Shown: positions 53,848-63,790 of the stretch, one piece after another
How positions within the stretch are numbered: position 1 is the stretch's first letter
How the letters are laid out: every line of letters begins with the position of its first letter
Source: an uncultured delta proteobacterium
GTDB lineage: Bacteria > Desulfobacterota > WTBG01 > CAIYCZ01
Direction: 5' to 3'
Assembly (NCBI GenBank): GCA_963803975.1
Contig: CAWDOY010000047.1
Location: 32,001-96,000, forward strand
Length of the DNA: 64,000 nucleotides
Notes under the pieces: model-generated
Seen by the model: only the letters and a program-made list of their open reading frames with translations
What the model was told of the DNA's origin: nothing
Database searches by the model: none
Position numbers and translations under genes: made by a program

Positions 53848-55062
53848 ATGATATTAATATATGGATTTTATTTGTCAATGATAAATTACCTTGTAAGCTG
53901 CACAGAGCTTTTTTTCCAGGACAGATTACTGCATAGTCGCATTATTATCTCTATACGCCGGATAAATAAAGACGGGATCCTTCCAGCCCTTGAAATGCTG
54001 CTGCAACCATTTGTTCCGCACCTTCCCCTCAGCGGTAAATCAGTTCTCATCAAGCCCAACCTGGTAGAGCCGGAGCATTATACTACCGGCCAGACCACAA
54101 ACCCGCAACTGGTTGAAGCAATCATCATCTGGTGCCGTCAGCAGGGCGCATCAAAGATTGCCATCGGCGAAGGCCCCAGCTACTTCCAGCCGCAATCGGC
54201 GCTGCGGGAATGCTTCACACAAACCGGGATTGCTGATGTGGCGAAACGACAGAACGTCCCCTGGATTCTCTTTGATGAGGGGCCGTTCAGGGAATTTAGA
54301 AATCACTCCCCAAGAACCCCTAAGATTTTCTACGTATCCGAGCATGCCTTCACCTGGGAGCACGTCATTAATGTTCCGGTGCCAAAATCCCATTACCTCA
54401 CCACGGTTTCCATCGGCATGAAAAATTTGAAGGGGTTCCTGAAGCGGTGCGATAAGCCGGCTTTTCATTACGCGGGCAGCGACGGCATACATGGCTCGGT
54501 TACCGAACTGAATCTTTTAATCCGCCCTGCGCTTACCATTGTCGACTGCACTGCGCCGGTGCACACCAACAAAAACTTCCTGCTCGCAGGCACTGATATC
54601 GTTGCCGTAGATGCAGTAACCACCTCCCTCATGGGACTCAACCCGCGGAAGATAAAAACAATTCAGATGGGACATGCGGCCGGTCTGGGGGAGATGAATG
54701 TTGCGAAGATTGATATTCAGGGAGATGACCTGAAAAACTTCCATATGAATTTTGAACAGCCGGAAGATTATCTGAGAAGATCCTTCCCGGGAATTACCCT
54801 CTCGGCGCAAAGCGCCTGCAGCGGCTGCCTCATCCCGTTCTTTTCTGCCCTGCACCGTATCGAAGAGTTGGGCTTCAACGGAGATGATGCATTCGCCATC
54901 CTTATCGGTAAGGATAGTTTTAATGAGACTGCAAAGAAGATGCTGGTTATCGGCCAGTGCACAAAGGAGCAGGCAGGAAACAATTGCCGGCTCAACGGCT
55001 GCCCGCCGACCAAGGAAGAGATGTTTGAATTTTTACGAGAGCACCTTTTAAAACCAGCCTGA
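53848..55062 (+). CDS. DUF362-domain protein with C-terminal Cys-rich Fe-S-like domain (start uncertain, possibly near 53929)
   Basis: VLIKPNLV, TNP..V.A, INVP.PKSH, GMKNLKG, D.VAVDA; ACSGC...IGQC...GCPP. Confidence 0.8.
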   Translation: MILIYGFYLSMINYLVSCTELFFQDRLLHSRIIISIRRINKDGILPALEMLLQPFVPHLPLSGKSVLIKPNLVEPEHYTTGQTTNPQLVEAIIIWCRQQGASKIAIGEGPSYFQPQSALRECFTQTGIADVAKRQNVPWILFDEGPFREFRNHSPRTPKIFYVSEHAFTWEHVINVPVPKSHYLTTVSIGMKNLKGFLKRCDKPAFHYAGSDGIHGSVTELNLLIRPALTIVDCTAPVHTNKNFLLAGTDIVAVDAVTTSLMGLNPRKIKTIQMGHAAGLGEMNVAKIDIQGDDLKNFHMNFEQPEDYLRRSFPGITLSAQSACSGCLIPFFSALHRIEELGFNGDDAFAILIGKDSFNETAKKMLVIGQCTKEQAGNNCRLNGCPPTKEEMFEFLREHLLKPA

Positions 55063-55295
55063 CACCTCTCTTCCTTCAACGCCGTCTTCTGTGTCGGACA
55101 ACTGCCCGTCCGCTGGAAGGGCCTGTCACGGGCTTCTTTATTATTTTTGATAAAAATTGTTTACCCCTCAGGTTCATAGGATAAATAATGTTCACTGTCA
55201 ATAGCAATTGGGTACAGGATATGATATGAAATGTGTCTACTCTTACCAAACAATGGGTTTCTTTACTGTGTTGGCACTATAGATAAAAGTACTGC

Positions 55296-55850
55296 ATGAT
55301 TGACAACAACGACAATCACGAAGAGATCAAAAGCAAATCCCAGTTCAAACGCGAGATGATCGCGCTGCAGGAAATGGGAGAGGAACTGGTGAGGCTGAAC
55401 GCGGAGCAGCTGGCAAAGCTTCCACTTACCGATGAGTTGCGGGAGGCGATTTGTGCTGCCCAGGGCATGCACGCACGCGGTGCCCGCTACCGGCAGATGC
55501 AGTATATCGGCAGGCTGATGCGCGAAGTGGACCCGGCTCCTGTTCAGGATGCCCTTGATATCGTGAGGAATAGACACAACCGGGCAACTTCCCTGCTGCA
55601 TCGTTTAGAGAAATGGCGGAATGAGCTTATTGCCGGAGACCATGAGGCTCTTGAGGAGGTCTTTGCAGCATTTCCCAATGCAGACCGCCAGCACTTACGA
55701 CAGCTGGTGCGCAATGCGCAGAAAGAAGAGGAGGCAGGAAAACCGCCGAAGTCTTCACGCGAGCTGTTCCGCTATTTGCGGGAGCTGCAAGAGGAAGGCA
55801 ATAGGCAACAGGCACCAGGCAATAGTATCGATCAGGATTTGTTACGGTAA
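55296..55850 (+). CDS. yjgA: Ribosome biogenesis factor YjgA/DarP
   Basis: KSKSQ.KREM.ALQ.MGEEL, RQMQYIGRLMR, HRLE.WR..L, DRQ.LRQLVRNA.KE, RELFRYL. Confidence 0.93.
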   Translation: MIDNNDNHEEIKSKSQFKREMIALQEMGEELVRLNAEQLAKLPLTDELREAICAAQGMHARGARYRQMQYIGRLMREVDPAPVQDALDIVRNRHNRATSLLHRLEKWRNELIAGDHEALEEVFAAFPNADRQHLRQLVRNAQKEEEAGKPPKSSRELFRYLRELQEEGNRQQAPGNSIDQDLLR

Positions 55851-57757
55851 GCCCCGGCCTTCTCAAGCGACTCAGCCACATCTTTAAGGCCAAGGCTCCC
55901 CAGTTTCTCCTTTGTGGGCACGCCGTTATTGTCCCAGCCGCGCAGGCGGTAATAATCATCAAGCGCCATCTCCCACTGCTGCGGATCAATTTTTTCACCC
56001 TTGTACTGTCCGCTGGGCACCGGCTCATCCGCCCACTTGCCCACGAGGTGATCATCTTTACGCGTAATTCCTTCCCTGCAGGCATAGGCTCGCTCCACAT
56101 TATAAACGCGCTCGGTAATGGTGAGCATGACTTTCTCGTCACAGTGCATGCCGGTTGCCAGATAATAGAGCTGATACAGGTCGCTGTATTTGAAGTCTTT
56201 GGTCCCGGTGCCGAGCCCCAGCAGGAACCGGCACAGCTCAAACAGGTCGGGAACCATGGATACGTGCTGATAATAGATAATGGGCGCAGCCTTGTTGTAT
56301 GAGAGGGGATTGAGGACTTCAGCAGTGCCGAATTTCTCAATGGCCTGCTCCGGCGTCATGACGGGATAGGCCGGGAATTCGACCGGCACCAGAGCACGCA
56401 GGTGATCGGCCCCGCGGGTTGAAGTTGCAAAGCCAAGGGCTGTTCCTTTCAGCATCCGGGTGTCAACCCCCGCCATGACCATGCCTTTTGAATGGCTAAC
56501 GTATTTCTCTGCTTCCCTGCCGAACTTCGCTGCCGCTCGCACAATGCCCTCGGCAAAAACATCCCCCACGCCTTCACGGAACGCGATTTTCTCCATCAGC
56601 TGCATCATTGCATGATAATTCCCCCAGGTCAGTTCAAGACCGTCAAGTTCCTTTTTCGAAACAACGCCCTTCTCATACCATTCCATGGCTACTGACGCGG
56701 CAGCTCCAAATTCAATCAAATCAATGCCGAACTGGTTGCCCATGTTGTTCATCTTGAAGATCGAAGCTATGTTTGCATTGCCGCACACCGGCCCCAGCGG
56801 GGTAAAAGCCCCCTCTTCTATCTTGTTGCCCCATTCCCCGGCAAACGGGCCCTCTTTGATTTCATATTTTTTCCCGCAGCCAACCGGGCATCCGAAACAC
56901 GGTTTATTAGCCTTATAATATTCCCCTGCCACTTTGAGCGGCTCAAAGTTTTCTATGCCCTCAAAGCCGCCGGTCTGCTGGAAGTTTCTGATAGCCAGGA
57001 ATCCGGCTTTGTCTGTTCCAAAGGTGCCGGTAGAGCCGCCCTTCTTTCGGAAATGGTCATAGGCGCTTGATGCACCAATCTTTTTCTGCAGTTCTTTTGC
57101 ATAGCGGTTAAAACCTTCCGGATCAAACAGGGGCACTTCCTGCGATCCCCTGACCGCGACCGCCTTCAGCTTCTTTGAGCCCATCACCGCGCCCATCCCG
57201 GTGCGCGCTGCGGCGCGCTCTTCGTGAATGACACTTGCTATGCGCACCAGATTTTCCCCCGCCTGCCCAATGGATGCAACCCGCACCCGTTTATCGCCGA
57301 GCTCCTCCTTAATCATCGTTTCGGTCTCGCGCACATTCTTCCCCCACAAATTGCGCGCCGGACGGATTTCCACTTTGCCGTCATCAATCCAGAGATACAC
57401 CGGCTCTGATGCCGCGCCAGTGATGACAATGTGGTCAATCCCTGCCCGCTTCATTGCAGGACCGAAATAGCCGCCGGCATTGGCATCCCCCATGATGCCG
57501 GTCAGCGGCGACTTTGCTGTTACGTTAAAGCGTGCCGGGCAGGGAGCAGCTGTTCCTGAAAGCGGCCCGCTGCCGAATATGAGCACATTCTCCGGTGAAT
57601 ACGGATCAATGTGCGGCACTGTCGCGTCAAAAAGAATGCGGCTGTTTATGCCCCTGCCGCCTACAAAGTTTAGCCGCAGGCTCTCACTGAGAGGCTGCCG
57701 TTCAAACGTCCTGTTGCTTAAATTAACCTTGAGAATAGTTCCTGTTTGTGCGATCAT
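55832..57757 (-). CDS. Tungsten aldehyde:ferredoxin oxidoreductase family protein
   Basis: IL.VNLS, GGRG, KSPLTG, AARTGMGAVMGSKKLKA, CFGCPVGC, G.D.I, STRGADH, YY.LRGWD..G.PT. Confidence 0.93.
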   Translation of the reverse strand: MIAQTGTILKVNLSNRTFERQPLSESLRLNFVGGRGINSRILFDATVPHIDPYSPENVLIFGSGPLSGTAAPCPARFNVTAKSPLTGIMGDANAGGYFGPAMKRAGIDHIVITGAASEPVYLWIDDGKVEIRPARNLWGKNVRETETMIKEELGDKRVRVASIGQAGENLVRIASVIHEERAAARTGMGAVMGSKKLKAVAVRGSQEVPLFDPEGFNRYAKELQKKIGASSAYDHFRKKGGSTGTFGTDKAGFLAIRNFQQTGGFEGIENFEPLKVAGEYYKANKPCFGCPVGCGKKYEIKEGPFAGEWGNKIEEGAFTPLGPVCGNANIASIFKMNNMGNQFGIDLIEFGAAASVAMEWYEKGVVSKKELDGLELTWGNYHAMMQLMEKIAFREGVGDVFAEGIVRAAAKFGREAEKYVSHSKGMVMAGVDTRMLKGTALGFATSTRGADHLRALVPVEFPAYPVMTPEQAIEKFGTAEVLNPLSYNKAAPIIYYQHVSMVPDLFELCRFLLGLGTGTKDFKYSDLYQLYYLATGMHCDEKVMLTITERVYNVERAYACREGITRKDDHLVGKWADEPVPSGQYKGEKIDPQQWEMALDDYYRLRGWDNNGVPTKEKLGSLGLKDVAESLEKAGAYRNKS

Positions 57758-57894
57758 GATTATCTCCTTATGAATTTATTTTCATAATGACGGGTATCTT
57801 CGTGGTGACGATATTATAAGCTTTGCGTAACGCGCTCCTTAATAGTAAGCGGCATACAGCACATCTGAGCGGATACTGCACAGGCCCCGACTGC

Positions 57895-59139
57895 CTACTT
57901 CCTCCTGCCAATCTCTTCAATCCTGGCCGCAAGCTTTTCCAGGGCTGCTTCTGAATCGATGTGCCGGGAAACCTCTTTACAGTTATTAATAAGTTCTGTG
58001 TCCGCAAGCATGGCACTGAGCTTCCGGCTTAGCCGTGCCGCAGTGTATTGACGGGCAAGAATATAGCTGCCAAGCTTTCTGTTGGTAACCCGGTAGGCAT
58101 TATCAAACTGGTCGTACGCCAGGGGTCGTATTAACTGGGGAATCCCGGCCTTCAAAGCCTGTCCGAGCGTCCCGACACCGCCATGGTGCACAATTGCCCG
58201 GCAGGAAGAAAGCACGTTACCCAGCGGTAGAAAAGAACAGGTCATGATATGTGGCGGCAATCTATCAGGCAGGTCATCTTTCTTCGGCGTCAAAAAAATG
58301 CCCCGCGCGTTGATCATCTCCAGCGCCTTTACCGATTCCTGAAAAATGTTTTTCCCGAAATAAAAAGCTGTGCCGAAGGTAAAGACTATCGGCGGTTCAC
58401 CCTGCTTTATGAAGCGCTCTGCTTCCGGGGGCACCTGTTCGTTTCCGTCGTACAGAAGAAAATCAAACATCTCGGATGGTGCGGGCCAATCAGGCTGCTG
58501 TTGTGCAATATCCCGGGAAAACATGGCAGCGTTTAAGCAGCCGGAAAACAGCCATTGATTAGGTATCCGCCTTACCGGCTTGAGCCCCAGCTCGCTTCTA
58601 AAACAGTTTAATTCTTTTTTTATGCACGGATCAAAGATAAAAATATCGGCAAGCCACCACAACAGTTTTTTGTACCAGGCGGGAAATCCTTTGCCCATGG
58701 GAATGCCGCCTATCTGGGCAGTGTCTTGCAGGGTTCTGAACATGCTGGGAGCAAGGTGCAGATGCACAACCTTTATTCCCTCTTTCTCTTCGGCCAGCTT
58801 GCTTGCAAGGGCAAACGGCGTGGATACCACCACAAAATCTTCCGTGCGCTCCTGCATGATGATAGGGTAAATGATGCGCATGCCCGGCAGTAAACCCTTC
58901 TTTATTAACGTGGGCAGGGCTTTCCGGAAATGCCACAGGTCGGGATCATTGGTTACCTCTTCATACTGCTTCCGGGTGAAATGCGGGACAAATCTGATCG
59001 CCTGATCTTCAATGAGCTGCCGGTAATTTTCCGAAGTACAGAAGACAACTTCATGCCCTTTGCTCTTGAGCTTGAGCGCGACCGCAAGGAAGGGATTCAC
59101 ATCACCGCGGCTGCCTATGGCAATGACAAGAACTTTCAT
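57895..59139 (-). CDS. GT1-family glycosyltransferase (RhlB/sterol glucosyltransferase-like)
   Basis: GSRGDVNPF, VFTFGT, HHGGVGT...AL.AG.PQL..P.AYDQFDNA. Confidence 0.88.
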   Translation of the reverse strand: MKVLVIAIGSRGDVNPFLAVALKLKSKGHEVVFCTSENYRQLIEDQAIRFVPHFTRKQYEEVTNDPDLWHFRKALPTLIKKGLLPGMRIIYPIIMQERTEDFVVVSTPFALASKLAEEKEGIKVVHLHLAPSMFRTLQDTAQIGGIPMGKGFPAWYKKLLWWLADIFIFDPCIKKELNCFRSELGLKPVRRIPNQWLFSGCLNAAMFSRDIAQQQPDWPAPSEMFDFLLYDGNEQVPPEAERFIKQGEPPIVFTFGTAFYFGKNIFQESVKALEMINARGIFLTPKKDDLPDRLPPHIMTCSFLPLGNVLSSCRAIVHHGGVGTLGQALKAGIPQLIRPLAYDQFDNAYRVTNRKLGSYILARQYTAARLSRKLSAMLADTELINNCKEVSRHIDSEAALEKLAARIEEIGRRK

Positions 59140-59258
59140 AAGTATCTTTTTTATCCAAACACGTTTGCAATAGTATTACATGATATACTATATAGGGTTA
59201 AATAAATCCATAGTTCATACTCACGTAATGCATCTTTAGTTTCTCTCAGGTCGACGCA

Positions 59259-60663
59259 ATGCCGCAAACACTGCAGTGCAGAACCATAAGCAGAACACGC
59301 ATCAGACCAGAAGCAAACATCACGGGGACTCTCAGGCTGAATGCCCTTGATCACTTTGAGTCATGGTTCCTGCTTGAAGTGGTCTATTTCTATCAGCACG
59401 CCCTCGATCCCGCCCGTCTGCAGCAGTCCCTGCAGCAGGCGCTTAATGACTTCCCCATGCTGTGCGGGCAGCTCCGGGCTGCTGCTGATGGCTCCCTCTG
59501 CATAGACTACCCACGTGCAGGCGTTCAGTTTTCAGTATGCGGATGTGACGTCACTATTGAAGAAGCAAGCAAAGGATTGCATACAACGTACACGGTATAT
59601 GATTTTATTGAAAAAATTAATCCCCTGCTGTTTTCTGTTAAAAATAAGCCCCTGGCTTCATTCAAACTTACCCGGATGAAGGGCGGCGGCAGTGCCCTGG
59701 GAATTTCTGTCGCCCATGCGCTGATTGATGCATACAGCTTCTATTATTTTATACAGCACTGGTCGCGCATTCACGAGGGGCTGCCCGCCGGCACCGCCTC
59801 TGCATGACCGCAGCCTGCTTTCCGCGTATAGTGAAGCAGACAACGGTTTTTCCGGAACGGCAATAAAGTCCCCTGATACCTGCAGAGGATTCCGCCTTCT
59901 GACCTCGTGGCAGCTGCTCAAGCTCATCTCATCCTTTATCATGCAGCAGAAATCCATCGTGTGCAGTGTTCTGCATTTCAATCGGCAACAGCTCCTGGCG
60001 ATAAAAAATGCTGCGCTGCGGCTGGGGCCGGTATCGATGGGGGATGCGTTGAGCGCTCACCTGTGGCAGTTCTGCACACGGATTGCAAGAGCTGCTGAGA
60101 CTGCCGCCTCCCGCAAGCTGCTCATTCCAGCCAACATGCGGCCGCTGATACATCATCCGCAGTCCGGGCATTATGTTGGGAATGCCATTGCACATTTGGA
60201 ACTCGTATACAGTCAGGAACAGCTTGACCGGGCCGATATTGCCGCCATAGCACATCAATGCAGGAAGCAGGTTGTTGCTTTTGACCAGGGGCATATCAGG
60301 GAGCAGATGCTGTGGCTGCGGCAGCACGAGCAGGAGAAACATCTCTATAAAATTTATGCTGATATCGACCCCTATGCAGGCGACTGCATGATAAGCAATC
60401 TGTCGCGGCTGCCGGTCTATGGAGCCTGTTTTGACCGTGAACAGCCGTTTTGGGCCGCAGTACCCGCTATACCGATTCCCTGGGTATTACAGATAATGCC
60501 TGCCCCTGACGGAAGCGGAGCTGTTGATGTACACGCTCATCTTCCGCGCTCTGCCGCAGATACATTGCAGGGTGATACCTGGCGGGATGAATTATATAAA
60601 TACGGGGAAGCAGCTGATTCTGAAGCAGCGGCAAATCCTGCCGCTTTCAGCCCCGTTGATTGA
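59259..60663 (+). CDS. BAHD/transferase-type (HxxxD) CoA-dependent acyltransferase (one frameshift near 59787)
   Basis: L..SL..AL.DFP.LCG.L, LASFKLT...GGG..LG.SVAHALIDA, D.LSA.LW, R......Y.GNA, ISNLSRLP.Y..CF. Confidence 0.75.
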
Positions 60664-60691
60664 ACACCGGGAGCCTTACCGCTTATTTCTA

Positions 60692-60845
60692 CCCGGTTGT
60701 TGAATAAGTTGTTTTTCCCAGGCTGGTCAAAAATGCTCAGATGCAAGGCTCCCGAAATCCTCCAGAAGTGAGGCATACTTCTGGGTACGTCGCAACGACG
60801 AAGGAAGAGGGAAACGCCGCAGATGGGCGTTTTTCAACAGCCTGC
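60692..60845. mobile_element. Putative MITE / non-autonomous IS-like element
   Basis: Imperfect terminal IRs cccGGTTGTTGAATAA / gcaGGCTGTTGAAAAA, flanked by TA on both sides; inner IR 60719-60744 / 60819-60844. Confidence 0.6.
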
Positions 60846-60853
60846 TAATCAAC

Positions 60854-60886
60854 AAAAAAGGCCTGGAAAGATATCCAGGCCTTTTT
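60854..60886. terminator. Bidirectional intrinsic terminator
   Basis: AAAAAAGGCCTGGA-aagata-TCCAGGCCTTTTT between convergent genes. Confidence 0.85.
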
Positions 60887-60919
60887 ATGTAAAGTGAATC
60901 CGGAGATTTATTAATTACG

Positions 60920-61771
60920 TTAATGCCCCTTATGTTCGCTCTCTTCTTCTTTGGGCTTCAGGTATTTTTTCCCGGCCATTGACATGAACGCCAAGGCAAT
61001 CATCGCCAGCCCGAACCCGTAAAAAAGTTTTTCCGCAACTCGCAATGGCGCCTTGTCAAACACCTCAGATTTATGGATGGGCCCTAAATTTAAAGCGCCT
61101 TTCCCCGGCTCATGACATTTTGCACAAACCGGCTGCTGCCGTTCCTTCGGCCCGTGATTGGCAACTTCAAAGTGACAGTCCAGGCACCGGTCAATGCGAA
61201 AATCTCCAGCCAGATTTACCTTCCCGTGGCCTTTCAGTTTTGCGACAATCGCAGAACCAATCAGCCCCGGACCCTCCACCAGTCCCTCATGACAGTTACT
61301 GCAGGTCGCAGGCACATTTTTAGGATTTATGCTGGAGCGCGGATCATCGCTGTAAAAATTATAGTGCATGGTATGGCAATCATAGCACTGCGGCGCCCTG
61401 GTGTTACCTTCCTTTAAGAGCTTCGCATGCCTGCTCATCTCATACTTTTTCAGAGCCTCCTCGTGACATTCCTCGCACTTCACATCAGCAAGCCCGCTTG
61501 CCGGGTGATCCTGCGTTGCCCCTGTATGGCATTCCACACAGGTATAGTCAAGCTTTCCGTGGATTGACTCTGAAAACAGTTTTTTATCCACATACAAATT
61601 ATGAACCGTGCCGGTGCTGTCAGTTTGAGTGAGGCTGCGGTCCTGATGGCATTCAAGGCAGTCATCTATTGACTGAGACAGCGCTGCTCCGGGACCCACT
61701 GCCGCTATCAGCAGGACCAGTAACCACAGGGAGAAGCATGTGCCGGGGACTTTTTTCATCGTCTTACTCAT
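60920..61771 (-). CDS. Membrane-anchored multihaem cytochrome c (7 CxxCH)
   Basis: Signal peptide; CLECH, CVECH, CEECH, CYDCH, CSNCH, CLDCH, CAKCH; C-terminal TM helix. Confidence 0.92.
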   Translation of the reverse strand: MSKTMKKVPGTCFSLWLLVLLIAAVGPGAALSQSIDDCLECHQDRSLTQTDSTGTVHNLYVDKKLFSESIHGKLDYTCVECHTGATQDHPASGLADVKCEECHEEALKKYEMSRHAKLLKEGNTRAPQCYDCHTMHYNFYSDDPRSSINPKNVPATCSNCHEGLVEGPGLIGSAIVAKLKGHGKVNLAGDFRIDRCLDCHFEVANHGPKERQQPVCAKCHEPGKGALNLGPIHKSEVFDKAPLRVAEKLFYGFGLAMIALAFMSMAGKKYLKPKEEESEHKGH

Positions 61772-63708
61772 TTCTTCATGGCATCATAAATATATTCAGC
61801 AATGTCCAGCGCCTTGATCGAGTCAAACACATTCTTTGCTTTCAGGCCGTCTTCCAGCATAGTGAGGCAGTAGGGACATGCTGTGGCAATCGCATCCGGC
61901 TTCGCTGCAATTGCCTGCTCGGTGCGCGCCTCATTTATTCTCGTGCCCAGGTGCTCTTCCATCCACATCCTGCCGCCGCCTGCACCGCAGCAGAAGCTCC
62001 GGTCAAGCGTTCTATCCATTTCAACCAGAGATATACCGCTGATAGAGGTGAGGAGCTTGCGCGGCTGGTCGTAGATATCATTGTACCTGCCCAGAAAACA
62101 TGAATCATGGTAACAGACGTTCATTTTACCGGGAGAGCTGTTGAGAGAAATTTTTTCTGTGTTCACAAGGTTCAATAATAACTCGGTGTGGTGCAGAACC
62201 TCAAAGTCTGTTCCATACTGGGGATACTCGTTTTTCAGTGCATTGTAACAATGGGGACATATCGTAAGGATCTTTTTAACGCCATACTGCTGGAAGACGC
62301 CGATATTATACTGGACGAGGCTGTCGTACAGATACTCATTGCCGATTCTCCGGGCAGAATCACCGCAGCATCCTTCCTCTGTTCCCAGAATCGCAAAGTT
62401 GACGCCGGCTGCCTGCAGGATTTTTACCATCGCTGTTGAGACTTTTTTATAGCGGTCATCGAAGGCGCCGGCACATCCTGCATACAGGAGGATATCCGCG
62501 GTCCCTGCCTCAGCCATGGTCTTCACGCCAAGATCTTTTGCCCAGTCACCCCGCTGGTGCCGACCGATGCCCCAGGGGTTGCTGTTGTTTTCCATATTCT
62601 TAAACACTGCCTGCACTTCTACCGGAAAATTTGATTCCACCAGCACCAGGTTGCGCCGCATCTCTATAGTTTTATCCACTGACGTGATAAAGACCGGACA
62701 CTGGAAGTGACAATTGAGGCACAGGGTACAGGACCAGATGGTATCGTGCTCGATCACGTCCCCGATTAATGCCTTCTCACTAACATCTCCATTATGGGCG
62801 GATTGCGCACCCTTCTCTTCCATGTGCGTCCGCAGATCCTGGTAGAGTTTTTTGGGTGACAGCGGTTTCTGGGTCAGATGAGCCGGGCAGTTATCCTGAC
62901 AGCGACCGCAGCGGGTACAGGCATCAAGTTGGAACAGCTGCTGACGGGTAAATTCATCAATGCGCGAGACGCCGAAGGTTTCGGCAGTTTCAAAATCCGT
63001 AATCTGGCGAAGAACCCCTGGCGGCCCGTATTTCCGCAAGAAAATATTAATAGCAGAGGTTATGATGTGAAGAAATTTGGTGTACGGTGTGCAGGCAATC
63101 AAGCCTAACACCAGGAACAGATGAATACGCCAGAGAAGTTTATGGATGGAAACCTGCGTGCCGGGTTCAGCGAAGGAGAATAAAGAGGCAAACACATACC
63201 CTGCCGGAGCCCATACGCCGGTCTCTCCGGTAATGCTCAGCCGGAGCCCCTCCACGCAGAAGCCAAGAAAAATAATCGCAAAGACCCAGATCAGGGCTAT
63301 CGCATCCTCAGCACGGGTATCGCTCAGTCGGTCAGGTCTTTGAATGTAGCGCCGGTACGCTGCAAGTCCGATCCCCAGAAGCCCCAGGCTTCCCACCGCG
63401 TCAAGAAACAGGGAAAATAGATTGCCCAGCAGCTGCGGAATCGAAAACTTGACCTGTACCGCAAGTATGATCAGAAGGGGGATAGCGCAAGCGCAGAAGA
63501 TAAAAAGATGCATGAGCCCCGGATAGAGCTCCCGCAGAATGCGTTTATGGCCGACGGCATATACAATAAAGTCCTTAAGCCTCTGTCCAACCCCCTCTAA
63601 ACGCTCATCTTTCTGCCCCATCATCCACAGGCGGACCCGTCTGATGATACCGATGGTGAAGATGGTCAGCGCAATAAGAACCCACAAGGGGTCAAGTGTT
63701 GTGAGCAT
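61768..63708 (-). CDS. Membrane Fe-S oxidoreductase (NarI-like + 2x[4Fe-4S] + two CCG domains; HdrF/EMO-type)
   Basis: TM helices with His (GLMHL, WRIHL, KFLH), CTRCGRCQDNCP, CTLCLNCHFQCP, GCCG...CPHC, YHDSC...CCGAGGG...ACPYC. Confidence 0.9.
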   Translation of the reverse strand: MLTTLDPLWVLIALTIFTIGIIRRVRLWMMGQKDERLEGVGQRLKDFIVYAVGHKRILRELYPGLMHLFIFCACAIPLLIILAVQVKFSIPQLLGNLFSLFLDAVGSLGLLGIGLAAYRRYIQRPDRLSDTRAEDAIALIWVFAIIFLGFCVEGLRLSITGETGVWAPAGYVFASLFSFAEPGTQVSIHKLLWRIHLFLVLGLIACTPYTKFLHIITSAINIFLRKYGPPGVLRQITDFETAETFGVSRIDEFTRQQLFQLDACTRCGRCQDNCPAHLTQKPLSPKKLYQDLRTHMEEKGAQSAHNGDVSEKALIGDVIEHDTIWSCTLCLNCHFQCPVFITSVDKTIEMRRNLVLVESNFPVEVQAVFKNMENNSNPWGIGRHQRGDWAKDLGVKTMAEAGTADILLYAGCAGAFDDRYKKVSTAMVKILQAAGVNFAILGTEEGCCGDSARRIGNEYLYDSLVQYNIGVFQQYGVKKILTICPHCYNALKNEYPQYGTDFEVLHHTELLLNLVNTEKISLNSSPGKMNVCYHDSCFLGRYNDIYDQPRKLLTSISGISLVEMDRTLDRSFCCGAGGGRMWMEEHLGTRINEARTEQAIAAKPDAIATACPYCLTMLEDGLKAKNVFDSIKALDIAEYIYDAMKK

Positions 63709-63790
63709 GGTCCGTTAGTGTGCAAAACTCGCAAACAAAAATTCCGGTCTGTCGGAATTTTTGCGAGAAATATATTCCTTGATAAAAATC

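Noticed and set aside
57780..57820. Possible Mo/W-responsive operator upstream of the AOR gene (TGACG twice)
   Set aside because: Too short and not clearly palindromic; cannot be supported from sequence alone
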